64,000 nt of DNA from Octopus vulgaris. Taxonomy: Eukaryota. Below are positions 52,394 to 64,000 of this stretch, one piece after another. The position numbers and the translations under genes were made by a program. Numbering within the stretch: position 1 is the stretch's first letter; every line of letters begins with the position of its first letter. Under the pieces are notes generated by a model that saw only the letters and a program-made list of their open reading frames with translations, was not told the origin of the DNA and ran no database searches. Location: NCBI GenBank assembly GCA_951406725.2, contig OX597829.1:56854001-56918000 (forward strand), written 5' to 3'.

Positions 52394-54312
52394 GTTTGAA
52401 ACAAACAGAAATTAAAACTGCAATATATATACACACACACTATATAATATATATGTTATAAATACATATAATGTATGAAATATTAAACATTTCTTTTTAA
52501 ATATAATATTTTTCCAGTTAAAATTGCAAATTTGTCCTTTCCTCTCCTTCCATGAGATTTTGGTAAACGGTCAAAAGTCATCTTGTATCATGATGTATTT
52601 ATTATAGCACAATTTTTCTCTACTTATATTGTTGTTGTTGGTTGGTGGCTAACACGAGACTGTCAGTGTGACACAGCCACAATAAAAGTATTCTTAGATT
52701 ATAACAGGATGCTCAGGTAAATGAAATAATTCTCTCTTTTTTCATAAAAGAAAAAAGAAAATGTTTTTACAACAGGAAAAGAAAAAGAAAAACAAAAAAA
52801 ATTAACAGTTTTAAAGAAAAATCATGAACACACTTTCACAAAATATTGCAAAAATGTTACAAATCCGATAAAAAAAAAGGTAAATTGAGAAAATTGGAGG
52901 AATAAAAAAAATGCTTCAAAGAATAAGCAAAAAAAAAAGCTTGATTTTTGTGTCTCTTTACAAATTATGTGATGGCGTGGGGGGGGGCTAGTGTGAGAAG
53001 AAACCAACCAACATGAGTGAAATTGGGACAAAAGAGGCTATCAACCATTTCTAGTGTATGTGTGTGTGTGTATATATATCTTTTTAATTGAGGAGTGGAG
53101 GTCACCAATTCAAATTAGATTTTAAGCTGAAATATTTATGAAATGAAATAATTTTTGATGAAAGAAAAAAATAACCCCAAGCTAGTGTCTACCGCATGAT
53201 TTACTAGTACCTACTGCATAATTACAGACATAAAGCTGTAAATGGATATTAGTCAATCCATGTTAATTTTCTAAAATGATACAAAATAGTTTTTAAAATT
53301 TTATATATAACTAATAATGCATATTTTGACTAAAAGCTACCACTTTTACTAATAGGATACTATATGCATATAAAACAAAGCTGAAACTAAAGAAAATGTA
53401 TAATTTACATTAATAATTATTTTTAGCTCTAACTCAGAAACTATGTGTGATTATCTCATTGCTTTTCTATTTCTTTCTTTCTTATCTTCCTATGATTAAC
53501 TATTGTGTTAATATTCTATACTGATGATGTACAAGGTATAGAAACAGGCTGTCCATAGCTATAGGGCAACTACAAAATAATAAATGTATAAATAATACAA
53601 TATGAATGATTTACTTATAATGATGATTTGAAGGAAAAACAAACATTTTTCACAAGATATCCTTCTTTACATGAAACAATAAACTATATATACAGGCCTG
53701 TTTCTATATCAAAGTGGAACATACATCTAATAAACGGGAGAAGTGGAACTCAATACATAAAGAAGAATATATATATATATATATTATCACTTGTGACTTG
53801 ATGATATAGACACAGGCGAAGGCGGCGAGCTAGCAGAAACGTTAGCACATTGGGCAAAATGCTTAGCAGTATTTCATCCATCTTTACATTCTGAGTTCAA
53901 ATTCCGCCAAGGTCAACTTTGCCTTTCATTCTTTCGGGGTTGGTAAATTAAGTACCAGTTGTGTACTGGGGTCAATCTAATCAACTGGGCCCCTCCCCCA
54001 AAATTCAGGACCTTGTAGAGAAGAATATTGACACAGGTGACTTTAGAGCCCAGTTTGATGCCAGATCATAAATCAAAGTAAAGAAGATAATATAACATCA
54101 AATCTGTAGCAAAATATTTGACATTCCAGAAAGTAGAAAAAAACTTTTTAAATCTCACAATCAGAGATATTCAGCAACAGTACTTTGGAGTAAAGATTGT
54201 TTGCCAACATAACAGGGCAGTCCTGATTTAGAACTAATGTTACTGTAATTTAGCCCCAGGAGACATCGTCTCCAGTTGGCTATACAACATGATCTGTGTC
54301 CTTATATTTTTG

Positions 54313-54505
54313 AAAATATTCCAGAAAGTTACTCTAAAAAATATTCTAGAAGTTCCATTAAAAAATATTCCAGAAGTCCTTTAAAAAATATTCCAGAAAG
54401 TTCCTTTAAAAAACATTGATTTTTCACAAGTTAGAGATTAAGATCTGCCCACTGATTTGCGAAAAATCTCTTTAATCTTGTGAAAATCCAGCAGTTTTTT
54501 TGTAT
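54313..54505. repeat. Tandem repeat of about 22 bp (4 copies) followed by a hairpin
   Basis: (AAAATATTCCAGAAAGTTNCT)n, then TTTTCACAAG..AGAGATT / AATCTCT..CTTGTGAAAA. Confidence 0.6.
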
Positions 54506-55806
54506 GGAATTTTCAAGTAAGTTCAATATTTTATTTCAAACACATTCAATATTTAAAATCTTATTTAGTTTGCTATGGCAGGAAAATTTAAGCACTCCAC
54601 AATTAATGTAAGGAATCACACACACACACACTATACGAAACGTTTCCCCCTATATAATTTTCCTGAAATTATTTTATTCTTTCAAAATGGTTTTGTTGCT
54701 GTTTTTACATTTTTTTTTTGTATATTTTTCTCTAATTATTCAAAATGAACTCCTCTCTTCTCTTTTTCACAAACATATAAATATTTGGCAACTATAAGCT
54801 TTTGTGACTTTATTTTAAATTAAGATTATTCCTGAGTTTAAAAAAAAATTGGGGGTTAAAAAAAAAAAATGAAGCTGTTTAGGGGTTGTTCTGCAATAAT
54901 AATAATAATTATTATATTTAAGGTGTTATATAGACTAAAGATAGTGTTGGAATAGAAAGGGCTTTGAGGTAGTCTGCATCTGCGGCAAGTGTCAGCTAAT
55001 TGACAAGGCATAAAGTGAGATGTACTATCAGTAACCTATGATGAAATATCATATTCTCTCTCTCTTTCTCTCTCATGATATTTCTTCCTCTCATGGTACA
55101 CCAAAGTACCTCACTTTTGGCTGTAGACTAAAAAATTAAGTTTTGTTTCATTATCTAACAAATTTTAATTTGTTAGAGTCAAAACTCAAATCAAACATTT
55201 TTATAAAACATGGCAGGGTTTTTTGTTTTTGGATTTTCATTTTTGAAATTTTTTTCTGCATTTTTTATTCTTTATCTATCACAAACAAACCTTGAACAGG
55301 GAAGAATTCAGTAAGTTATTCCAAAATTCAATACAAAACACTTTGTTCAAATAAATAAAATGTTATCACAAAAAAAGGGACAGTATTCTTGCATTTCAAT
55401 TGAAACAATTATATTAAGTTCTTGAAAATATAATTAATAATAATTAATAATTCAACTTATAATAAATTTTGGCGTTTTTTTGAGACAAAAAAAAAAATAA
55501 ACAGGAAAAGAATAAAAACAAAAAAACTCCAACCACATTAAGAAAATATCTCTGTAAATCTATTTTCAAGTCCAACAAAATATATTCTTAGACCACATAA
55601 TCCTATGTCACTGGGATAGAACAAAAGTGGTCAAAATTTTAGCAGTACAAACTTTATAGCAGATTTAAGGCATCAGCTGTAAGTACCCTAGTAATGGTAC
55701 AGTTCAATAGTCTCATAAGGGAGCAGCATCCTACTGGATGGAATCTCTTGCAGAGTTTAAAGCTAACAAATCTACAGCAAAGCTGATACAATTAGGACAT
55801 TGGAGG

Positions 55807-55831
55807 TCATTTTGTGACAGAACTCTTTGGC
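55807..55831 (-). CDS. Unidentified gene, terminal coding exon ((R)PKSSVTK*)
   Basis: Strong acceptor (long T tract..TTTACAG) at 55832. Phase matches the preceding exon. Confidence 0.55.
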
Positions 55832-56314
55832 CTGTAAATAAGAAAAAGAGAAAAAAAAATTTATAACAAATTATTACAAGTAGGGAGAAATTTACAGACA
55901 TACATATATTGCATTATGTGATTCAATAAACATGCTGCATAACCAGTAGAAAAGACAGTAGAAAGTGCAATGTTATTTTATTATATGTATGTTATGTAGG
56001 CAAGTGCCATCATGTGGCCTCTGAAATATGTGCATGATGGATCAAATTGCACTATATGTTGGGTAAGTTTTCTTTTAATTTTTCTTATCATGGTCTTGGG
56101 TCAACCCAAAGCCTTATCAGTGAAACTAAGAAGACAGAAACTAGTCAGGCATCTGTCAGGTAAACCATAACTGTAAATCAAAAACGAAATCAGTCTCCAG
56201 GGCACATGTTTATGGAATATCCACTTACACTACAACTAAATGAATCAGTTGATTAGTTGATTAATCAACTGGAATACTGGTGGTCATTATAACCCATGTG
56301 AGACATTACATCAC

Positions 56315-56345
<31 letters not shown>

Positions 56346-56477
56346 GTACATACACACAGAAGTGCAATTTATATATGACCAGTCCTGCCTTGTTAATAAG
56401 GTAAATTGGTGTGAAGCTTCACAGAAATGGTAAAACAATAATATTAAGGATCACAAGAAGACAGACTGAGCTCTTAC

Positions 56478-56520
56478 CTTTCTAGACTTTTGCTTAGATA
56501 TCCTGTTCGGTTAACCAACC
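56478..56520 (-). CDS. Unidentified gene, 43-nt exon ((G)LVNRTGYLSKSLE)
   Basis: Bounded by TTTCAG| and |GTAAGA. Confidence 0.6.
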
Positions 56521-58257
56521 CTGAAATAAAGTAACAATTGCATGAAGAATCTCTAAACTATTCTAAATAGTATCAATATAATTGTTTTCTTTCTACTATA
56601 AGGACAAGACCTGAAATTTTGGGAGAAAAAGTGGAGGGGGCAGAAGTCAGTTTCATTGACCCCAGTACTAAATTGATACTTTATTTTTTTTTGGCACGAA
56701 AGAATGAAAGGCAAAGTCAACTTTGGTGAAATTTGAACTCAGAATATAAAGCAGAAGCATTTTGCCTGGCATGTTAATGATTCTGCCTTCATATATAACT
56801 TGCTTTCAACAAGTAGTGAGAACTCTTTAGTCTTGCACAAAATCTTCAGTGCTGGTGTAATGATAAAAATATACCAAGAACATTTGGATTGTGAGGATTT
56901 GTTTAACCTGTAGCGTACGCTTGAGGGAAATTCCTCTCTCTCTGTTATATATACATAAATACGGACGTAGTAGATAACAGCTAGTTTCGGCCGCCCTTTT
57001 GGAACCTGTTGTGTCCACTACTCTGATTGGTTGGTATTGGTGCAATTTGTCTCTTGCTCTATTGTGTGCCAATATGCAACCCAACCAATCGCAGCCTTCT
57101 GATAAGGTCACGTGAGACAGTCTCTTCTAAACCTTCGGTGAGCCGACTGCACCCTATAAAACTCTAGCTTCACATTGAGTCGATGTCTTTCAGTTCCAGA
57201 CCTTTTGAGGTTTAGCCACTGACCACACAGGACACAGCCAGTTCCAGCGACAACATAACCGCAGCCACATGGAGACTCATCAACTTTGTCCAGCAGCATT
57301 CAGGACCTCCATCTCTGTCGCCACCATTCGTCCTAACATCAACATCATCTCTCTACGTACACAGCAACAAGCAATGTACTCGCACAGGTTCCAACATGAC
57401 ACTGTTTGTGAATTACTTCACCATGGTCAGCAGCAAATACAACCTGTGAGAACTCCTGTACCAAGGAACCCAGGCAGCAGCATTATAGCCACAACTTTGT
57501 ACGCTACGTACCGCTCCGACTCTGCATTATCGCCACAACTTCTTGATACAGCATTTCATCTATTGTGTCCCTTGACTACGAACTGGTATTTGTCATCCTT
57601 GTGTCTGAACATTCTTCTAACGTCATATTACAGACTCTTTCAATGCTCTGTACTTATCGCACACGCATACATCCATGTCTATACACACACACATTTTGTT
57701 CTCTTGACGGCCTGTCTATTATTATGCATATATGACGCACACACACGTTTACCTATCAATAAAATCTTCTCTTAAACATTCCACCCGGTTGTGTCTCTCT
57801 TTTCCTCCTGGCACACATATGCATTTATTCTTTTCATATTTATTGTATCAACCGTGTGATGTGCAAAGGAGCCATTCTCATCACCTCACTTTGCACGGTC
57901 GTTTACAAACCTTTTCATAACTATATTTTTTAATATCACTGAAGTTTAATTAACAACATCCTTAGCTGCCATTAATTACTACATCCAGTAATGACTGCAT
58001 TGTAGTTTAATTAATATAATAAAATGCTAATTATACATTGTAGTATAATTATCAATTTATGGTTAATTACATAGTAATTAACATACTGCAGTAGATACCA
58101 TGAGAGAAATATACAGATTGGCTTTTGGTACAAAATGCATTCTTGTTTGTATTGCTAGTCATCTAAATCCCAACCAGTTCCAGTGCCAAGACCATCAGAC
58201 CATTTAATAATATAATATCATATATATATATATATATATGCACACACATACACACCT

Positions 58258-58550
58258 AGGGTATCCTCAAAAATGTACACACACTTTAAAAGGTGATAGC
58301 TCAATTTTCATTTCGTTTTAGATTCAATCCATTAGAATTAATGAAGACGGTCAGAGTAAGCTTTTAACGAAAGAAATTTATCCATAAGTGCTACTATAAG
58401 TTTGAAAACACAATCAAAGTGCACAGATAGACTGGGAGGGAGTTTGAAGCAGATCCACCTATACGACTTGCTAACTGTAGAATTAGAGATAAGTTTGAAG
58501 CAGATGGAACTGTTCAGAATGCCACAAGAAACATTCTGCAGAAGAGACAT
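58258..58550 (+). mobile_element. Tc1/mariner (maT/DD37D-like) 5' remnant
   Basis: TIR-like AGGGTATCCTCAAAAATGTACACAC. HTH remnant ERKFIHKCYYKFEN..EFEADPP..RIRDKFEADGTV. Confidence 0.6.
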
Positions 58551-59324
58551 ACATGTAAATTTTGTTAACTTGAAATAAGAACTGCTTCATCCTCATCATT
58601 GTCTGCTTTCCATGCTGGCATGAGTTGGATGATTTGATTGAAAACTGATAAGCTGGGAGGCTGCACCAGGTTCCAACCTGATTTGGCAAGGTTTCTATGG
58701 CTGGATGCCTTTCCTAATGCCAACCACTCCGAGTGTAGTGAGTGCTTTTTATGTGCCATTGTCCTGACACCAGCATTGGCCATGACTTTGGTCTCACTTT
58801 GCTTGACAGGTCAACACAAGCACAGTGTATCGGCAAGGGTCTTGGTTATCTGTCACTGCCTCCGTGAGGCCCAATGCTCGAACGGTGCCCTTTATGTGCC
58901 ACTGGCACAGATGTCAGTCAGACGGCACTGGCATTGGCCATGACTACGATTTCTCTAGGTTCAACAGCAGATCGAAAAACAGGAGAAGCAACCACACAAT
59001 CAGCGAAACACAAAATGGATATTCCTCTTTAACCTTATCACACCATGTTCTCTGTGCAGTGGGAATATCCTCATCATTGTTTAGCATCCATCTTCCATGC
59101 ATAAACAAATGGTAACGAGCAACACACGTAGAAAAAGAAGTTGAAAAACAAAATATCAGTCAACCGATCATGTCGTAGTAGGGTTTGTAGTCAAAGTGTG
59201 TCTCTCATGACACATTGTCCTCCATAGCTGTTATTTATTTGACAGAAACAAAAAAATGTTTCTATAATGAAACAAGCATGCAATGAACCCAGTACATTGT
59301 CTTGTAAATAAGCAAGGTTTAGAC

Positions 59325-61315
59325 CAGTGTTTCCCAAACTTTGCGTGCCAAATTGCAATATCGCCCATCTATCGACCAAAAAATGCTCCATCACCCACCT
59401 GTGTAAAAACCCCTGACACAGCCCCACCCAACACAAAATCCCCAAGGCCCCCCACCCCTGTATCATTTGACACACACACTATATCATAGACTTGTTACCC
59501 TGTAAGTGCCATTTGTACTAAATATGCTGACAGATTAACTTCTGGAAACTTGCGCCTTCCTTTTACACTGATTTTCATTTTCCCCAAACGAACCATTGAT
59601 CAGAACAACTGATGCAAAAATAATTAATGATTGTATTATAAAGGAAAAAATAAAACTTTTTAGTGAGAACCATGGGTCTGGTGCGATGCAGCTAGTGCAG
59701 ATACATTCAGTTTCAAACTTGTCAACTTTAGCCACAAGTCTTCTCCTTGTGTCACATCCAGTCCAATTCTTTAATGGGAAAGTAAAGTTCCAACATGGTT
59801 AAAACCAGACTCAACCAGGTATGAGGTAGGGAAGGCAAGCAAAAATAATTTCAGATGTTTCCACAGATTGGGGTAGGAATTCAATATACTCTGATGGCAC
59901 CACAAACCTTTGCCATTATGGCGATATCGCATTGTGGCGTCATTGTCATTTTTAATTCTATCAATTCCTTCTGAACGTCATCCTCGCAATTGACTGCATA
60001 GACTGCAAATGGATTGCTATACCAATTTGGAATATTCAGTGCAATAACATCTTGAAATCGCTCCACCATGTTATCATGCAATGATTGTAAATAGTTGCGA
60101 TATGTAGTTAAATCCTCATCAACCAATTCATCTTTCAAAAAATCAAGTTGTGGAAATTGATGGAATTGACGTTTTGAAATGTCAGTCTTATACAAAACCA
60201 ATTACAAAATGAAGGTAGTGATAAATGGTTTACAATCAACGAGAGTTTTTCTGTTTCCTTGTAATAACTTATTCAAATCATTTAATTTTGTAAATATATC
60301 AAAGAAAAAGATATCGCACCTTTCAGCCATCAATGAAGTGGATAGTGGAGTATTTTAGATAAAACAGTTCAACAAAGCATAAATCACAGTTTCCTTTTGA
60401 CAGCTGCCGCACTTCAGTACGGTATAAGAGTTTAGTATGGTCCTCATCATTTCTCAGACAGAGTTGATGGAAAATTCGATCAGACAAGGGACTGGACTTC
60501 AATTTGTGAAAATGAATTTCTATAGATGGTATCAGAAAGGCAGTATGGTATTCTCAAAGAGAAGAAGTCAATAGAGCAGAGTCAGATGACACATCTTTAC
60601 TGGAGCAAATACGGATCTAGTTTGTTTGGCTGCCAGCTTTTCAAAAATTAAAGTTTATTGAAAATTTTAGAATTTGGCACATTAATATTCCTTTCCAAGA
60701 TAAAATGCTGGAGTTATTCAACTTTTTCTTGAAAAATGATTTTAAAAAGTTAAAGAGGTTTAAAGTTTGATCATTTTCACCCAGCCAAGAAACACGATTT
60801 CAAAGCTGTCATTTTGTGTGTGACTGCACATTTTGTCAACATCCTGAAAATAGCACTTGCGTTTTGATATGAAACCACAAAATTACATATGACATTTAAC
60901 CCCTCATAACTTTTTAACTTTACAGAATTTTCAGAAAACTTTTGCAAATTTGCATTCTATATGCAGGACTTCATATGATTATGCAAAAAAAACCAAAAAA
61001 ACTGTAGTGGAGTGTGATTTAAGGCCTAGGCCTATTTGGCTGCTATCTTTAGCATGCATGACAACCATTTCAATGACTGTGACAAAAATATTCGATCGAT
61101 AAACAAGTTTGCTTTTTTAATACAAATTGATAAAAGTGCATCCTTATTCTAGGCATCCCTAGATATCAGTAAATGCAGACTCAATTTCTAAAAAATTCAT
61201 TGTCACCCACAAAATGTTCATATCACCTGCCAAAATCTCAAATCACCCACCATTTTCTAGAAATTCACCCATTGTCCACCTGTAAGTTGAAATCGCTCAC
61301 TTTGGGAAGCTAATG
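59325..61315 (-). mobile_element. hAT (Buster/Charlie-type) transposon remnant
   Basis: TIR CAGTGTTTCCCAAA at the left and a degenerate TTTGGGAAGCTAATG at the right. 8-bp TSD GTTTAGAC / GTCTAGAC. Transposase motifs LLYRTEVR.LSKGNC, FPQL..YLQSLH..ERFQD and LLAFPTSYLVESGF. Confidence 0.85.
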
Positions 61316-61896
61316 GTCTAGACTGTTTGCAGCTGAGGAAATTACTGATGATGTTTATTCTTCAGATGAAGAATTTAATTTTACACAGACAATGAGAGTG
61401 ATGCAGACAAACTGGCAGAAGCGATGAGATAAGTAGCAATTCAGAAGAACAAACATGGCAGCTGAAAGGAAACAGGCCTAATTCTCCAGAATGCTTTTCA
61501 TGATTCTGTCCATTAGTTTACCTGCAATCATTACACCTGAGATATGTATGCAACTATTTAGGTTTATGCTCAGGAGCCCAGGTGGAAGGAAAAGTTAGAC
61601 ACAAGCGCCCACAACAATTCCTTAAACAACATTTTGATGTAAATACTACAAATCACTTTATATGTGTGTGTGTGTGTGTGTATTCTTTTACTTGTTTCAG
61701 TCATTTGACTGCGGCCATGCTGGAGCACCACTTTCAAGGGTTTTAGTCAAAGAAATCAATCTCAGGACTTATTCTTTGTAAGCCTAATACTTATCTATCA
61801 GTCTCTTTTGCCAAACTGCTAAGTTACGGGGACATAAATACACCAGCATTGGGTGTCAAGCAATGGTGGGGATGGACACACACACACACACACCAC

Positions 61897-62582
61897 CATC
61901 ATCATCATTTAACGTCCACTTTCCATGCTGGCATGGGTTGGACGATTTGACTGGGGACTGGTGAACTGAGAATGTAGTGGGTGCTTTTATGTGCCGCCAG
62001 CACAAGGGCCAGTCAGGCGGTACTGGCAACGGCCATGCTCAAATGGTGTTTTTAATGTGCCACCTGCACAGGGGCCAGTCCAGTGGTACGGGTAATGACC
62101 TTGCTTGAATATTATTTCACGTGCCAGTAAGGTGACGCTGGCAACGATCACGTTCGGATGGTGCTCTTAGCACTCCACTAACACGGATGCCAGTCATTGA
62201 ATTTGACTTCGATTTCGATTTCACTTGCCTCAACAGGTTTTTGCAAGCAGAGTTTAGTGTCCAATGAAGGAAAGGTATGCATAAGTGGGGTGGTTACACC
62301 ACTGGCATAGGCCACGAGGTTATGGTCTCACTTGACTTGCTGAGTGTTCTCAAGCACAGCATATTTCCAAAGGTCCCGGTCACTAGTCATTGCCTCAGCA
62401 AGGCCTAATGTTTGAAGGTCATGCTTCACCACCTCATCCCAGGTCTTCCTGGGTCTACCTCTTCCACAGATTCCCTTAACTGCTAGGGTGTGGCACTTTT
62501 TCACACAGCTATATTTATCCATTCTTGCTGCAAGACCAAACCAGCGCAGTCATATCTCTTGCACACCACATCTGATGCTTCG
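61897..62582 (-). mobile_element. RTE LINE 3' end
   Basis: CVKKCHTLAVKGICGRGRPRKTWDEVVKHDL. The UTR and (ATG)n tail match 6300-6940. Confidence 0.85.
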
Positions 62583-62721
62583 CACATGATGGGCTTCTTT
62601 CAGTTTTCATCTACCAAATCCACTCACTGGGCTATACATATATACACATACATATACATATACACACACAGACACATTCTTGGTTAGCCTGTGTGGAGAG
62701 AGAGATGTAAATTAAGCATAC

Positions 62722-62882
62722 CATGATCTGATGAATTATCTGTTGTTGTTGTTGTTGTCGTCGTCGAGGTTGTTGTTGCTGTTGTTGTTGTAGAATTGGT
62801 GGTTGCCGTAGAAGCAGCTGTGGTGGTGGTGGTAGTAGTGGTGGTGGCGGTGGTGGTTGTGCTGTTGTTGTTCTTGCGATTA
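62722..62882 (-). CDS. Unidentified gene, low-complexity exon (Thr-rich in the preferred frame)
   Basis: Bounded by TTTTCAG| and |GTATGC, 161 nt. Reads NRKNNNSTTTT...DNSSDH(G), with phases fitting both neighbours. Confidence 0.6.
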
Positions 62883-63464
62883 CTGAAAATAACGTTTACA
62901 GAAAATAAATTATAAATTTATAACAGCAAAAAGAAATTTCAGCCCCAGTTGGAGCATTCCTCAATATTTGGCTAAGATAGTAACATTTTGTTTTATGGTA
63001 GAATGGTTTTGGACATTTATTCCTTCCAGTAGTTTTGTTCCATTTAGAAAACTACAGCTACAGTTTATTTAACAAATTACATTTTTAAAATTGTAATTTT
63101 AATTTATGGAGGGATAAAATGTTCATTGAAAATATTAATGAAAGTAATAAAAAATATGTAGTAATTATTAGATATTAATGATTTATTATTCTGATTCCAA
63201 GGATCTAAACTTTGAAGGATTTTAGTTCTGATGGCAAGTCCAAAACTGAAAAATTAAAGTTCAACTTTTGCTCCTTCTAAAAAATAGAAAAAAACCCGGA
63301 AGATTGTAATTTCTGTTTAATAAAGATTAATTGAAATTTTTAGATTAGTGATATACACACTCTTCATACAACATAAATGGAAACTTCTAAATTTACTGAA
63401 ATTTTATCAAAGTAATGCTTTTTAGCCTGATCGAAATAGATATTTCATTCAAAATTTGACTTAC

Positions 63465-63522
63465 TTATTGGAACTAGTTGGTTTAATTCCTGATTTTGCT
63501 GGTTTCTGAACTCCAGCTGTAG
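63465..63522 (-). CDS. Unidentified gene, 58-nt exon (TAGVQKPAKSGIKPTSSN)
   Basis: Bounded by a pyrimidine tract..TTCAAG| and |GTAAGT. Confidence 0.6.
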
Positions 63523-64000
63523 CTTGAAAATAAGAAATGAAAATAAGATAAGAAATAATTTAGGAAAATAATGGAGAAAGTTTTAAATTGTGAACATGGT
63601 TAAACATCAATGTTGTATGAGCTTTCTACATGGTTTAGGAGTTTCATTTAATCTTGTGATACATGTTCACATGGAGGAAACATCTCACCTCTCCATGCAG
63701 AAAATATGTCACATCTTCAGCATGAATGTCATAGTTCCTTCAGCTCACATGTAGGACACGTTCCTTTCTACATGTGTAAATGCACCATATTCTGGCAATA
63801 CAGAACGGGTGAAACCTCTCACAATGTTTCTATATTGAGACATTGAGAAAACAGAAGGAACAACATTGAATAATTAATTGAAAACTGAATATAAATGGAT
63901 GATGATTGGTTGTTATTGGCGTCCTTTTGTCTCGGGGGACAATGGAGTTGCGCATAAGCTAATCCAGTCTGGTTTTTACATTTCATATCCTCTCCAGGTT

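Noticed and set aside
54313-54410. Short regular repeats as a possible CRISPR-like array
   Set aside because: Head-to-tail minisatellite without unique spacers, in eukaryotic DNA.
56975-56995. Minus-strand GGCCGAAACTAGC resembling a hammerhead 3' half
   Set aside because: No upstream CTGANGA core and no U at the cleavage triplet.

Overview
AT-rich, microsatellite- and repeat-dense animal genomic DNA. The SINE/LINE repertoire looks octopus-like, which is an inference. Host genes: (1) exon 1 of a NEURL4-like gene on the minus strand (11950-12114), with the rest of the gene apparently running off the left end; (2) a complete 7-exon ING5 (ING4/5) gene on the plus strand (12532-20566, 241 aa), head-to-head with NEURL4 and 417 bp from it; (3) the last four exons of an unidentified minus-strand gene (55807-63522). 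The rest is mostly transposon relics: RTE LINEs, Tx1/L1-like pieces, a Mag-type Gypsy remnant, mariner, maT-like, piggyBac and hAT/Buster elements, MITEs and tRNA-derived SINEs. The most striking unannotated structure is a set of Penelope-like (PLE) sequences. It comprises one 5'-truncated RT + GIY-YIG element with a canonical-core type I hammerhead ribozyme at its 3' end, and several short, mostly palindromic, non-coding elements in or next to simple repeats. Most of these carry complete, decayed or partial hammerhead motifs of clearly different sequence families.
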